The notes: generated by a model from the sequence alone, not told the origin. Counted from the whole stretch's first letter, positions 24,455-38,566 are shown. The stretch is 63,722 nt of DNA, filler included, from Globobulimina sp. (GCA_003354225.1; 47 parts of 47 records of this genome joined end to end with filler, not necessarily neighbours in it), one strand, 5' to 3'. Program-made: numbers and translations.

Positions 24455-25712
24455 AAGTTCTCGGTCAATGATGATATTGTGGCTAGTAACGAGGTTTGCC
24501 AAATTGCGAGCGGTAAGCGGGTGTTTGATGAGAAGGAGGATGATGAGAATGCAGCCGAGGATGAGGTTGAATTGCCGCTGGGATGGATAAAATCGTGGAC
24601 GCCGGAGGGGAAGGTGTATTATCAGAATTTGGTGACCAAACAAATTCAATGGACACATCCCGGTGAGTCTGGTGATGCGAAGGAGGAGTATGGCGATGAC
24701 GGCAAAGTAGCCGAGCCACAGCCACAAGTGATTCATAATGGTGTCAGGCATTGGATTGACGAGGAATCGGGATTTTTGGATTATTCACAGGATGAAACGG
24801 CTCCGCCCATTACATTTTCGCCAGGTATATGTTGAAAAACTTTTAGTGACACACTGCGAAAATGCTTTTAATAGGAAAATCTGAAAACGATTTTTGAGTG
24901 AGTCACTAGGAAAGTTTTTGAGTGTTTACTTTGTTTACTTATGAAAGGCAACAACAATTTCACATTTTCGTGCGAGATTATGTGGGAAGGCGTGATTCCG
25001 ACGCAAAAAAATTGCATATTTTCCAATAATTTGGTTGAGTTTTTCTTGCGTGGACAAAAGATTTGTGTCAAGACTTCGCAGCATAAATTGCAACCAATCG
25101 GTAATACAAAATTGCAGAAAGAGATATTTTATCATGTCAGCGTGGTATGCGAACGCAAGAAGATATTGATTGAGGATGGCAAGGACAAAGGAAAGAGGAT
25201 CGACGCCACAGAGTTTACATTGTATTTAGATGGACAGGAAGCTGGCTTGATATCCTTAAATGGGATAAGCAATTTTGATGGCCAGGGAGTGATTGGTCGT
25301 ACATTGCTGGAAGAGCCTGGATATTCGAATGGCAATTTCAATATGTTTGTGGGCTCAGCGGTGAATGTCAAAGTATTTTATAGTGATTTAAATGCGGATC
25401 AAGTATTTGCAGTGGCGCAGAATCAAAATAATCAATCTTATAAACCAGCGCGTTTATTGACCTATAAGCCAGAGACATTGCAAGTAATTATCCCAGATCC
25501 ATGGCTCATTTATAATGGTCCGATTCGTGGCAAATTGCCGCAGCAATGTCAATTTCCAAACGTCAAAGAAGCGTCCGTGTCGATTACGTGTTATGTAATG
25601 TTGCGTTCTGCAAATAGCAAACATGGCAGCGTCATTATATCCAATCGGCGAATAAGCGGTGGATTTGAGTTACTTTGTCCAATGCCCAAAACTGGTGTTC
25701 TTGGCATGAAAT
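24455..25712 (+). CDS. WW-domain + LamG/concanavalin-like protein (partial, spliced)
   Basis: LPLGWIKSWTPEGKVYYQNLVTKQIQWTHP (WW domain); FYHVSVV..., FTLYLDG, FVGSAVNVKVFYSDLNADQV (LamG-like). Confidence 0.75.
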
Positions 25713-25839
25713 NNNNNNNNNNNNNNNNNNNNNNNNNNNNNNNNNNNNNNNNNNNNTTAATTAATTAANNNNNNNNNNNNNNNNNNNNNNNNNNNNNNNN
25801 NNNNNNNNNNNNTTGATAATATGATATAATTTTATATTG

Positions 25840-27040
25840 TTATATCCAACACAGATTGTACAGGATCAGTTGTGTGGAGTGATTGGACAGAATGCAGTGT
25901 GAATATTGGTACCGGCATCCAAATGCGTTATAAAACAAAGATTGAAATTGATGAAGAAAGTGGGAAAATCGAATGCGTTCAAATATCTGAAAGCAAATAT
26001 TGCCAAATGATCGACCGTATGCATATGCTGTGTATGTTTGTTTGCATTCCATTTTTGCGACATTTTACAATATAGATTCTGCAGTAAGTATCACCACAAC
26101 ATATTCAATCGTTACTTTGTACGAAGGAGATTATAGCAATGATCATAAAGCAATTACATATTCATTGGGTGGGACGCCTAATTTTTTCGATGATAAATAC
26201 TCTGAAAAGCTAGATGACGATGACTCGTATGACAACTGTGTGGTGAAATTGGTTCTTACTTTTGATGATAATTTGGATGTATCAGCCTCGCCGGGTTAAG
26301 TATTTGCGAATAGCTTTATTCTATGAAATTAAATATGACATTTGCTGTTTGAAATAGTGTTTTTATGTTGGACCAATACGACGTTTGTTAAGTTGTATTA
26401 TAATTTATAATGCAAAATGTGTGGATATCTATATTGGCGAATATATGACAGTTGGTCCGACAAAAAGAATGTGACGATAATTGTGGAAGATAATGACAAA
26501 ATCGATGCGGAAGATCCACGCAAACGTTATATTGAAGTGGGTGAGTTGTTAAGTGTCGATCCGTTATATTCTGAGTTGAATACAGAAGCAATGCGAATTG
26601 AAGTGTTAGTGTTTGACGATGAATATTGTGATCCAGACATTTGTAAACGAGGGGAATCTGCAGCAGAATATGATGAGTTAGAGTATGAAGATAAGATACA
26701 AGAAATTGAAATAGATAACGCTGAAATTGTTGTGATTTTTGTCATCTTTTTTTGTGGGATCATGTGTTTAATCATATTGTCGATTAGAGGCCGTATTGCA
26801 GAAAAGCCTCAATTTGAATATGCATCGTTGGAGGAAAAGGAGCATAAACAAGAATTGGATAAGGAAATGGAGGAAATGGAAGAAATTGCAAAAATGGAAA
26901 AATATTTAGCCAAACAGCATGCGGAAAAACAAAAAAAAAGAGAAAAGGAATTGACAAAAAATGCAAATAGCACACAAGAGAGACAATCGTTGTTATTGCG
27001 GGACGTCTCAGACTCTGATACACAAACACAAGATTCCTGA
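25840..27040 (+). CDS. Single-pass membrane protein, C-terminal part (spliced)
   Basis: Hydrophobic IVVIFVIFFCGIMCLIILSI followed by a charged tail; upstream exons are flanked by GT/AG. Confidence 0.55.
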
Positions 27041-27633
27041 CTTTGTCGCGTGTTTTCTCTTTTATTTCCGNNNNNNNNNNNNNNNNNNNNNNNNNNNNNN
27101 NNNNNNNNNNNNNNTTAATTAATTAANNNNNNNNNNNNNNNNNNNNNNNNNNNNNNNNNNNNNNNNNNNNTCTTGTTATTTTCCTACAAAATCAAAGAAC
27201 ATATTGCCGGCCATTATATTTAGCAATCTTTATATTTATTATTTAATTTATTAAAAATATATGCTCTCTTATATGATACTCGATCGATGTCTAAACTCTG
27301 TACAACTTTTATCATGGTTAATTTGGTTAAATATTCATTGCTGGTGTCAAAATATGAAGGATTGATAATTTACCATGACAACTTTGCTGGCAGCTTGGAA
27401 CTTTCGCCAACACCGTAGTTAATCGAGCCGATTTTGTCGAGCAATAAATGATGATTTTATATTTCAAACTTATCTCCTTTCTTTCAATAATTTCGTCGAT
27501 GTCTGCTGCAACAGGAGGAGGTACGAATTCTTTTAAGTTATATAGATAGAAGTCTGCTAGCTTTAATAGCTTTTTCTACTTCGATGGGTCTATTTTTATA
27601 TTTATAGGCTTAAAATCACGCTGTAACAAAGCA

Positions 27634-28428
27634 GTGACACCATCTCTAAACATCCCTGAAATCGAGGTCCACTACTTCCGACGTACATGTTATGTGTTTG
27701 ACAAAAGGGAAAAGAAGTTTGACGATATTCAATGCAACCATTTTTCGCCCAAAGGACACTTGGCTTTATTGCCAGGTAATATTTTGATCAACAAAATCTA
27801 CGACCTCTTCAGAGAGGTGAGTTTATTGTTTCAATTGTCAGTCCAGTTTGTTTTGATGAATATTGTAAAATGTTTCCGTTATGTTAACAATATGCAAAGC
27901 AGACCGTATTCTGTACATTACATACATACCGACTCAAGGTACAGCTATAAATTGTCAATTTGCAGTTTTTCGGCACTAGTTGGACCTACATTGGTTTCAA
28001 CCGAAATGACAGTATAAAAAGTCGTGATGGGTGGTATTGGCAAGTGGACCCCGATCGACGATGGTATGCGCCAGAATACTTTACAAAATGGATCAGCGTC
28101 GAACCAGACGGGCCAGGAATGTGTGGTTTTTTGGCCGATTCCACAAAACAGGACGCCATTTGGAATGCCGTCTGCACTGTCACTATCACCTACCTATGCC
28201 AATACCGTAAGTTGTTTTTGGAAAATTTGTTCCCAATAAGAAATCATGAAAATTTATGAAACAGCTTCTGAAATTCCACCCTTAAGTTTACCTTGAACAT
28301 TTTCCAGGAGACATTGATGTTGGGTACAAAAGTGTCAAAACAGATATGCGTGGAGCCCCGAATGCCACTATTGCCGAATTTGTTCTCGACCATCAGATGA
28401 AGTGTGCCCGTGCATGTGCCTATTTAGA
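27634..28428 (+). CDS. C-type lectin domain protein (spliced), followed by a PAN/apple-like segment; animal-like gene structure
   Basis: CYVF...C...GHLA, YIGFN...W.W, W...EPD...CG...W...C.....LCQ; donors GTGAGT and GTAAGT; CARAC at the contig end. Confidence 0.75.
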
Positions 28429-28769
28429 NNNNNNNNNNNNNNNNNNNNNNNNNNNNNNNNNNNNNNNNNNNNTTAATTAATTAANNNNNNNNNNNNNNNN
28501 NNNNNNNNNNNNNNNNNNNNNNNNNNNNATATTGTACCCTAGCTATTTAATTTAATTTTTCATACAAACTGATACCCAGCATATGCAAATGTCAGATGGC
28601 GAGCAAAGGAAAAACATTCTGTCTGTTTTTTTAGAAAATCTTGCATCTTGCCAGTGTCTACAAAAGATGTAATCTTTAATCAAACTGACACTGTAAAATT
28701 GAAGTTATATTACAATACTGATCAAAAAAAAAAATTAATCGCACGCGCATGCAATAAATACCAACTTGA

Positions 28770-29147
28770 TCATGAATACGCTTCTCCATCATTGCTCTTT
28801 ACAAAAAATACAACTGCTACACAAATAAATGTAAACAGTGTGAAAACAGCACCCAATCCATATCCCAACCCAGCTATACCGCTATAACTATTTAAGGACC
28901 ATAATGTCAGTGGCAACGCAATGCAGGATATCACACCAAATGTCATACAGAAAATTGCTAATAATGACCAAAAATCATTTTCCTCCGCATCTGTTTTGAT
29001 TAATAATCCAAATGTAGGTGTTAATAAAAACGGGAATAATAAGAATAGATTACATAAATCTCCGTTTGTTGCACTGACGATCAGAAGAGTCAATGAAATG
29101 GCAGATCCAAATCCCATTAAAGCTATAACAATCGCAGTTTTCCCCAT
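28770..29147 (-). CDS. VPS55: Vps55/OB-RGRP family membrane protein
   Basis: 125 aa with four hydrophobic helices; LLIVSA, PFLLTP and VISCIALPLTL match the Vps55 pattern. Confidence 0.7.
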   Translation of the reverse strand: MGKTAIVIALMGFGSAISLTLLIVSATNGDLCNLFLLFPFLLTPTFGLLIKTDAEENDFWSLLAIFCMTFGVISCIALPLTLWSLNSYSGIAGLGYGLGAVFTLFTFICVAVVFFVKSNDGEAYS

Positions 29148-29327
29148 TATTGTGCACTAATTTTGTTTGATCTTAAGCTTGCGTACGCGTGAAATACTAA
29201 AGTATTAAATCAGCGAAAGTGCGAATTTCTTCGGTGATTTAATTATGTTTCAACAGCTACATTTCAACAACGAAGTTTTTGAGTAAAGTAAAAAGCATTT
29301 TTCTTTGGAGGCAACACATTCAAAGTG

Positions 29328-29713
29328 ATGGCAGATAAGATCTATTCAGCAGAACAAATTACGGTTCCTCAAGATTTACCAAGGATATTGAAGGGATTTA
29401 CTAAAGAGGTTATTCGATATAACCCAAACGATATTCCACAATTTGCAATTGAGTTCAGATTCATTTAAATATCCTTATATAATAAAGATACTCTAAAACA
29501 AATATGAAAAGCTATTTTACTGCAATGAAAGAAAACAGTATGTAATTTTATCCAATCCACTGAATCTAAATTAATGACAATTAACTCACAGAATTAGACC
29601 AATTTCTTAAAACCAACGATGAAGAACAGGTATTTCATCATTTTATTTTTCCGATTCAGATAAATTTGTTTTTTATACAGGAATCAAAACAAGCAGCAAC
29701 TGTTGAGAATTAA
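29328..29713 (+). CDS. 73-aa RIIa dimerisation/docking-domain protein (ropporin/Sp17-like), 4 exons
   Basis: YSAEQITVPQDLPRILKGFTKEVIRYNPNDIPQFAIDYF; introns 29453-29511, 29538-29591 and 29630-29680 give a 222-nt in-frame CDS. Confidence 0.85.
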
Positions 29714-29886
29714 CGACAAAATAAACCATTCAATATAAATATCATTGTGTCTATTATTTATTTAATAAATGTGCATATTTCATTTANNNNNNNNNNNNNN
29801 NNNNNNNNNNNNNNNNNNNNNNNNNNNNNNTTAATTAATTAANNNNNNNNNNNNNNNNNNNNNNNNNNNNNNNNNNNNNNNNNNNN

Positions 29887-30536
29887 GTGTGCACATCCTG
29901 CGCTGTAAGCTCATCGAGCTGTGGATATTTATGAAAGTGCATGAAACCTTTGCTGATTGAGCCTGGGCGACAGCGTTGCCAGCCCCATCGCCATTCGAAA
30001 TCATATTGAGATAGAATGCGCTCGATTGGGTGTCGCAGTGCTATGGCATAAATATACAATGGATTTTTTCTGAACAGTCTATCAATGGTATTGCCGCCAG
30101 CAGCGGTTTTGCCATTGTTAAAGGTCCAAAATTCTATGGAATCACGCTGCACTGAAAAAGTCGGATCATTTTTATGAATATAGCTTAAGTGTTGCAGGAT
30201 TTGAGAGGTCCAACTTCTCATCGTGCTGCCTCCTGCTTTCCTGGCATGGATCACCATCAAAGTGGAATTGTCTCCGTTATGGAATTTTTGCCAGGCCAGT
30301 TTCTTTGTTGTTGAATTTCTATATAAGTTGGATGAGTTACTGTAATTTGTGGTGGATGATGTGAAATTGTGCAATGTATGAATTGGAATGAGTGGCTTGT
30401 AGGAATTGTTGGTTGTGAGTTGAGAATAAATATTTTCCATTGAATACATTCTCATGAAATAAAATGCCGTCAGAAGCAGCGCAACAATTATTAGTATCAA
30501 AAGAATAGAAGTCCTTTGTTTTTGGTGAACAGACAT
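29887..30536 (-). CDS. Golgi-type sulfotransferase (type II membrane protein), N-terminal part
   Basis: N-terminal TM; 5'-PSB motif HARKAGGST; 3'-PB motif LRHPIERILSQY. Confidence 0.85.
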
Positions 30537-30593
30537 TTTAATTGTAATATTGTAGACCTCAAAAATTTTAGGATTTAAAAAACGTATTTCAAA

Positions 30594-31144
30594 ATGATCT
30601 CTGCAGTTCAGAATTGGTTAGGGTTTGGATCTAATTGTAACAATATACATATTGCGCATGAACCATGCAAATTATGTGACAATGAGTTTGATGATCATGA
30701 TACGGACAGCAATACTAAGGAGATGGTGACAAAAAACGACGTATGTTTGTTAGAACAATGGAGAAATTTCTGATTGCTTCATAATTACTGTATGAATGAT
30801 GATATTTAGGACACTGATGAGAACAATAAAATATTTGCATACATGCACAGCGGTGAAGGATTAAACCGACGCGAATTAGGAAGAGTGTCATGGTCATATT
30901 TGCATACACTGTCTAATTATTATCCGGAGAATCCACCATCGAAACAGCAAAAGGAAATGGTTGAGTTAATATGGTTGTATATGAAATATTATCCCTGCGG
31001 ATATTGCAGTGATATGACAATACAGGAAATGTATAGAAATCCACCAAAAGTAAAAAATAGAAAAGAATTTAGCCAATGGATGTGTCAAATACATAATGAA
31101 GTAAATGCAAGAATGGGCAAACCATTGTTTGATTGTAGTAAAAC
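30594..31144 (+). CDS. ERV1: Erv1/ALR FAD-linked sulfhydryl oxidase, intron 30741-30809
   Basis: N-terminal CKLC; ELGRVSWSYLHT...YPCGYC...WMCQIHNEVNARMGKPLFDCS. Confidence 0.92.
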
Positions 31145-31244
31145 NNNNNNNNNNNNNNNNNNNNNNNNNNNNNNNNNNNNNNNNNNNNTTAATTAATTAA
31201 NNNNNNNNNNNNNNNNNNNNNNNNNNNNNNNNNNNNNNNNNNNN

Positions 31245-31486
31245 GACACGGTTTGTTGCAATTTTAGACATAATGCACTGAATTCTGATTTACATTTTCC
31301 TTTTCCTACACAGGATATGACTACGTTGCCATAAAAGGCGTTCGCATTTGCGGTTAAGTTTAATGCGGTTGATTGTCGTTTGAAAAATTCTTTGTTTTTA
31401 TCTTTGCCTGGTGTGCCGTACTTAGCTGCTGCCTCTAATTTAATTTCTTGTGGGTTACTATCACCTGCGCAACATCCTTGACCCAT
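31245..31486 (-). CDS. Predicted N-acylated protein, N-terminal fragment
   Basis: Starts MGQGCC (myristoylation/palmitoylation pattern); open to the contig end. Confidence 0.55.
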
Positions 31487-31571
31487 TGTTAATCACTCAA
31501 AAACTGTGTATGTGTGAATTAAATGTAGTAAGCACTAAATATATAAATCACATTCATAACACATTTAAAAC

Positions 31572-32502
31572 TCACAAAAGAATTCTCGAACTAACGATAG
31601 TTCGACAAATAGGACATTGCGTCGGTTTGTATTGGTCAATACAGGTTTTACAAAAGTTATTATGTCCACACGGATTTAACACAACATTTGGTTCTCTATC
31701 AAAACATATTATACATTCCGAATCTGGATCATCCAATTCGAGCGCTAATTGTTTTGGATTTAATTTCGTTAATTCAATTTTTGATAAAACGCACCATCTT
31801 TGATGCATATCTGATTCAATATACTTTGTATCTAAATTAAATTTATTATCTCGGAAAACAAAATATAAAAAACGTTCATTTTCATTATTTAGTTTCATTT
31901 TAATTATTTTCTCGTCATTATCGATTATCCAATTTGTTAAATATTCAATATATTCATTGTCGTTCCTATTGTTATCAATCACAGACTGTGCTGCAACGCA
32001 TATCTCATATTTTATATCATCCTCATCGTCGATAAGCACATCAAACGGATTCGAGTTTGTACTCTGTTCATCTTCAAGCTGTACATTCTTATCATCACTG
32101 CCATCGCCTTGATTGCTACCCATTGTAACTAAAAACGGATTGGTTTCGCTGTTAATGTCCAGATCATCATCATCGTCAGAAATATTTATCGGATTTGAGT
32201 GAATACATTTTACCACCAATACCTTATTGGAATGGAAATTTTTAATCGTTCCATTTTCCCAAACACTCCATTTTTGATATTGATTATGGAAATTAATAGC
32301 ATTTAAAACAAAGTTTAAATTCTCAATTTCTAACACTTTCTCTGTTTTAAAATGATACAAATAATGATTTATTTGATCCGCTTTATTTTGGTTTAACCAC
32401 AACAGTGAATGACATAAATTCTTATCAAATTTATCCAATGCAATCGTAGCATCTTTCTGAGTGAAACCAGAGTTTATAATTTCTTTTATTTTTGCATTTA
32501 AC
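31572..32502 (-). CDS. RING-HC E3 ligase-like protein with UBA-like segment
   Basis: CIICFDREPNVVLNPCGHNNFCKTC...CPICR; IINSGFTQKDATIAL is UBA-like. Confidence 0.85.
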
Positions 32503-32602
32503 NNNNNNNNNNNNNNNNNNNNNNNNNNNNNNNNNNNNNNNNNNNNTTAATTAATTAANNNNNNNNNNNNNNNNNNNNNNNNNNNNNNNNNNNNNNNNNN
32601 NN

Positions 32603-33860
32603 TAGGTTCATTCATCGGCCATAACTGCTTGTCAATGTTGTCAGAATGTCACATTTTTAATTGTTTATTGTGCGTCAACCTGTTTGTTATCTATATGGGA
32701 TATTCGCAATAATGAACAAATATGCATTAAAGAAACTAGTATTGAAGCATTACCAGGCACCGCTACATACCCATTAATACAACATTTGATGCATTGTAAA
32801 CTGACATGGAATGAAAATGGTGTTATTTTACATCGGGAAAATAGATCATTTATGACTTTAGATATTAAAGCAAATAAAACATATAAAACATTTATATTTA
32901 TTGTGTGTAATATTAAAAAAGCAAAGAAAAAATCAACAGATATATCATTGTCACGCATTGGCATTGATGAAGCGTATAATTTGTCGAGATATATCAATAA
33001 ACATTCCCCAATTATCAAAAAAACCAAATCTGTAATGATGTATTCGGAGAAACAAAGTATGGAAAAATCCATACAAAATGCATTAAATACGCTTGAAATT
33101 GATATTTTAGCGCAAAACAACAATAATTTATCTTCGGATTTGTTATTACAATGTCAAGAATTACGCAATATTTTGCAAGATGCAAATGGGATAATACAAA
33201 GATTTAAACATGAGATACAATCAAAAACATTTAATAATTATTATAATTCATTAATTGCCAAACATGTGGAAGTCAATCCAAATTCCATTGTTTCTGATTA
33301 TTATAAAGATATTGAACTGGAAGAGACAAAAATAAATCCATTCCAAATGCCATTAAAAACGGGATGGGCTTTGGACCAATTAATATCAAATACGGATAAG
33401 TCAATTGTTTGTTCGTCAAATCAACGTCGAGCAGTATCAACTGCGATGATAGCATTATGGGACAGATTTAATCCGAACAGCAAAGAAAAAGTGCATTTAA
33501 TTCCATATTTGCAAGAATTAGGATATCCGCTATCTGATCATGCCAAAATAGCACAATTAGCTGTCACAGAATATGAGAAAAAATGCCACAAGTTTGATAT
33601 AAAAAAATTAAATGATTTTTATAGTAAAAAAGTAAAAATTGAAAAAGCATTGGATTTAAATAGTTTTGTGTTTGGTAAGAAATCATTTGATCAACAATTG
33701 AGATTGGAATTATTTTGTTTTTGGTCCTTTTTTAAAATAAAGAAAAATATCAAAACTATAATAATATGTGGACATAGTAATTGGTTTAATGCTTTTTTGA
33801 ATACATATTTACCAAAAAATGCATCTTTTTCGAAAGCAAAAAAAGTACCAAATTGTAGTG
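32603..33860 (+). CDS. Histidine-phosphatase-superfamily-like protein (partial)
   Basis: IVCSSNQRRAVST, PYLQE and IIICGHSNWF; the RHG motif is not evident. Confidence 0.55.
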
Positions 33861-33960
33861 NNNNNNNNNNNNNNNNNNNNNNNNNNNNNNNNNNNNNNNN
33901 NNNNTTAATTAATTAANNNNNNNNNNNNNNNNNNNNNNNNNNNNNNNNNNNNNNNNNNNN

Positions 33961-34271
33961 CATTATATAAAATGTGTCAAAGTCATGAAAACTTGGACAC
34001 AACATTTGATTTGGAGTATGCACTGAAATACATAACAAAAGCAAAAAAAATAAGTCCCCAAAATAAAGCAGTTACATTTAAATTTGATCAGATTAAAAAG
34101 TTATTAAAAATACAAAATAAGAAAGATAAGCAACAATTTAATGGATTGTTTAATAGGGGCACATTGTATGAAGATAAGGAAATAATTGAAAGCTCTAATT
34201 ATATCAAAAATCGGTGTTGTGATAGAATCGTGGCATACTGTAAGAACCGTGTTCAGTGTGTTGTGTTGTAG
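33961..34271 (+). CDS. TPR-containing protein, C-terminal fragment
   Basis: ALKYITKAKKISPQNKAV...KKDKQQFNGLF resembles the immunophilin TPR tail. Confidence 0.55.
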
Positions 34272-34329
34272 GGAAACATATATTTTACTTATTTACATAA
34301 AAAAAAAAAACTGTTTTTCGAGTGACACC

Positions 34330-35218
34330 ATGTCAGAACAACCGCATGACGATCAAAAACAGCAAAACGAAGATTCCAAATCATATTCCATAAAATTTGA
34401 TTACTATGATGAAACAGACGCTGACGCGAAGGCAGTATCCGAACTACTACAACAAGTCACAACTCACGAATCTATGTACGTTGAGCAAAATGCGTCCGCA
34501 GAAACAGAAGCAACAGCACCAACAAAAGGCGAAGAAAAACAAATTGCGCAACAAATTGAACTCAATACTATCAAAGCGGTAAAAGCAGCAAATGCTCCCA
34601 AACCAAATGCGCCAAAACCAAATCCAAATATGGAACAAATGCCATCAATGCAACAGATTTTAGGTGAGTTAAAACTTAATTTACGAGGTCAATATTTAAA
34701 TTTAGAGGTTGATGGAGAGACTGTATTATGTAAAATCAATGATATTCTAGAAAATGTCGATCCGAATATCGACAAACCTGCCTCGCGACTTAACTCACTG
34801 TCGGTGTCAACAAATCAGCCAATTACAACTACGGGCACTGCATCAACAAAACGGGAAAAACGGTATTCATATATCTTACAATTACAACTCCATATAATTG
34901 ATAAATATAATAACCCAGCAAAGGAAAAATGGACCTTTTGGTGAAAAATTCAACCAACCGATGGCTATATGTCAACGATATCGAACCCGACGGTGAAGAA
35001 AATTGTTGCGATGCATGCAATCGCTGCAGCAATGGCTGTGTGAATAAATTCATTGCCATCACAGTGATTTTGATTCAGATTGTATCGTATATCACCATCA
35101 CCTGGTTTTTAATGGACAGTATTTCTCAAGAAAAGAAAAACCGCAGTAAGTCCTGCTATGGCCCCAATTGTGACGATTGGTCAATGTTCGGTGGCGGCGA
35201 CGTATGCATAGAGATAAC
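34330..35218 (+). CDS. Hypothetical membrane protein (frame change near 34928)
   Basis: ATG at 34330; the ORF continues in the -1 frame into a Cys-rich segment and TM helix. Confidence 0.5.
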
Positions 35219-35318
35219 NNNNNNNNNNNNNNNNNNNNNNNNNNNNNNNNNNNNNNNNNNNNTTAATTAATTAANNNNNNNNNNNNNNNNNNNNNNNNNN
35301 NNNNNNNNNNNNNNNNNN

Positions 35319-36424
35319 AATTCTGTGTCCTTTGGCCACTCAAATTTACCATTTTCAATAATCTTAAAGGTTTCTTGTTGAGTATCGCCACTAAATGGTA
35401 ATTTTCCGGATAATAAAATATAACAAATAACACCGATGGCCCACATATCAGATTTCTTAATTTCCCATCCTTTTCTTTTTAATTTACATTCGGGACTTAA
35501 ATAATATAATGTTCCAACTAACTCTTTGTAATAGTTATCATCGCCAATAACATCACTATCGCCAAAGTCAATTATCTTAAGAATAGCATCCTCTTTCATA
35601 GAATCGAAGACCATATTATTTAATTTCAAATCACGATGTACAATATTTCTGCTATGCATATATTGAATTGCTAATAATATCCTATATATATATCTTGCTG
35701 CACTTTGTTCTGAAAACGATTTCATTCTCAATATACGATCTAAAAATGTTCCACCTGAACAATAACTGGTTGCTAAATAAAAATGGTCCTTTGTTTGATA
35801 TGATCCATAATAATCAACCACATTTATATTATTTTTCAATAATTTTATCACTTGAATCTCTTTTGCAAATAATGCTTCATTATATTTATCTAATTTTGAT
35901 AACTCTTTCAATGCGTATTTCTCTATTTTGTTATTCTTTTTTTTGATATTCTCGACCAAAACAACCCGACAAGTCCCACCTTTTCCTAACTGTTTTTTAT
36001 ATTTAAATATTGCTTTAATGTTTGCCACTTGTTCTACGTATAATTGCTCGTTTAATTCCAATTCGTTTTTGGCCCCGGTTACATGTACGCGGTTATTTGA
36101 TGTTTTTGAACATGTAATCACCGATGCAATACTACTGTCTTTTGGATTCGTATCAATATCGTATTCAACGTCGATTGAATCACTAATTTGTTTGAATAAA
36201 TTGTTAAAATCGTTAGTGTTATATGCACAGATCTTTTTCTTTAATTTGTATTGATTATTGCTGGTATCATTTATTTTTTCGTCCATATCAGATATTATGT
36301 TATCTAAAAAGTCATTTGTTGCTATGTTTTTTGCATTTTGTGGTGATGATTGTGGTTTGTTGTTATCTATATTTGTTGATGATGGGAGACTAAAATCCAG
36401 TACATTTCCTGTTTGGTTTCCCAT
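35319..36424 (-). CDS. CaMK/CDPK-type Ser/Thr protein kinase with MG N-terminus
   Basis: LGKGGTCRV, YALK, HRDLKLNN, IIDFG, GTLYYLSPE, SDMWAIGVICYILLSGKLPF. Confidence 0.95.
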
Positions 36425-36738
36425 GGTGAGAGTATTAAAAAAATATCTCTACATACATGTGCAAGGATGTGTAGAGCTTTTACACTGCCATCCGCAGTGA
36501 TGATAATTGTTTAATACTTAGATCGAACAGTTTTAATCGATCAATGAAAAATGATTATTTTATCTCGTTTAATACANNNNNNNNNNNNNNNNNNNNNNNN
36601 NNNNNNNNNNNNNNNNNNNNTTAATTAATTAANNNNNNNNNNNNNNNNNNNNNNNNNNNNNNNNNNNNNNNNNNNNATTACAACCAATTTTTCCATGTAT
36701 TTTGGGCCTATTATCAACATGAAAAGCGATGGATATCC

Positions 36739-37934
36739 ATGGAGAGGTTCAGCAATATCGAATCATTATCATTACAAGCAAGATATGAATGGTTTGCACC
36801 AAATAAGCGCTCCATTGCCCTGAATAATAGTAATTACAGCATGAATGCAATAAATATCCAACAGTTGCAAACAGAACTGGGTGAATCTGAGATTATTACC
36901 AAACCGTATTGTAATATGTTATATGTATTAGAGTTATTTTGTGGAAACAAACTGCGGAAATCGATCAAATCTCTAAAATTATCCATTGATACGAATTTTT
37001 TACGCATTAAAATGGATGAAAAGAAAGAAGAGGATATGTTTGCATCGAGAATGCCCTATTTTTGTAATGTAGAAAAATTAGAATTTGTCAATATGAAATT
37101 AACGCATATTTTAGATGTATTACATACGCATCAATATTGTTTAAATAATTTAGATTTATTGTCGTTAGATAATGTGCAATGTGACAGTAAGACATCGACA
37201 TGGAATGATTTGTCAATTCCGAAGGAATTATTAAAAAATATTGAGCCGCATGAGATATATTCATTAATTGACTATATTTTGAAAATGAGAAATTTAAAAT
37301 CTATCAAATTGTCTGTTTCTGAAAGCAATTACTTGCAAAATTTATATTTTGGAGCAAATATTGACAGATTATTAGCAAACAAAAAGCAAATAAGACAAAC
37401 AATGAATAAGTTAGAAACAATATATTACGAATCGCATGGAAATATCGCGGATGATGACGAGGAGTATGACGATGATCGAAAAAGACATAGGAAGAGAGAT
37501 GATGACAGAAAAGAAGATGAGAAGCCACCGCCAAAAGTATTTGCTGCCATTATTAAACACATATTAATCCAAACTTGTCATCAATTAAAGAAACTATGCT
37601 TCAAATCGGTAAATGACATGGAAATGGAATACATTTTTGATATTTTAAAAACAGAGAGCGGAAATAATAAATATTTTGCAATGGATGATAATTGCGGTTG
37701 TTATAATAACTCCATTCCATCATACTTTCGATGGAAATCATTACTTACATTATATTTGGAAGTAAATTGTTTTGAATTAGTTCCATTATTATTGAATATT
37801 TCAAAGAGCTGTTCATATAATTTAAAATCAATTGGTTTATTGCTATGGGGCAAATATTCATATTTTAATGGCTGGGAAGATATAATAAATATTGATAATG
37901 AATACGAAAAAGAGCTAAAATATAAAAAAATTTT
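36739..37934 (+). CDS. Hypothetical LRR-like protein (partial)
   Basis: About 400-aa frame with repeated LxxLxL segments. Confidence 0.55.
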
Positions 37935-38034
37935 NNNNNNNNNNNNNNNNNNNNNNNNNNNNNNNNNNNNNNNNNNNNTTAATTAATTAANNNNNNNNNN
38001 NNNNNNNNNNNNNNNNNNNNNNNNNNNNNNNNNN

Positions 38035-38566
38035 TAAAAATGAAAGAATGTTGTTAAATAAAGAAAAAAAATTACACGATTTTTATGTGAAATTAATAAA
38101 TCAAATGAAAAAAAATGAAAAGAAATTGATTGTCTGTAAAAATCATATCGAAAATGAGACAAATAATATCAAAAAAAATTTAAATATCAAAACTGCAGCG
38201 AGTGAAAATAATTTATTAGCGATTCCGGATCCAAATCGAGAGTCAAAGAAACAGAGAACGTCAGCCATCCAAATTGCGAAACAAAGAGTTGCGTCGCGGA
38301 GAGGATCGGTGGTTATCAAAACACCGCGAGGCCTAAGTACTAATTATGATGATTCCAAGGATAATGATGATTATCCGCGGCAATCGTCGCATTTTGCAAA
38401 TCAAATATCAGTGGAATTACAGATTGGGGCAAACGATGATGAGTTACCCGAAAATTTTAATCCGTTTGGAAATCAAGAAGATGATAATGACACTTCAGCG
38501 GATGATGAAGAGTCGAGTCTACGCTATTTTAATCCGGAAGATATTGATATTGATATTCAAATATAG
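38035..38566 (+). CDS. Hypothetical protein, C-terminal fragment
   Basis: Open frame from the contig start, followed by AT-rich 3' sequence. Confidence 0.55.
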
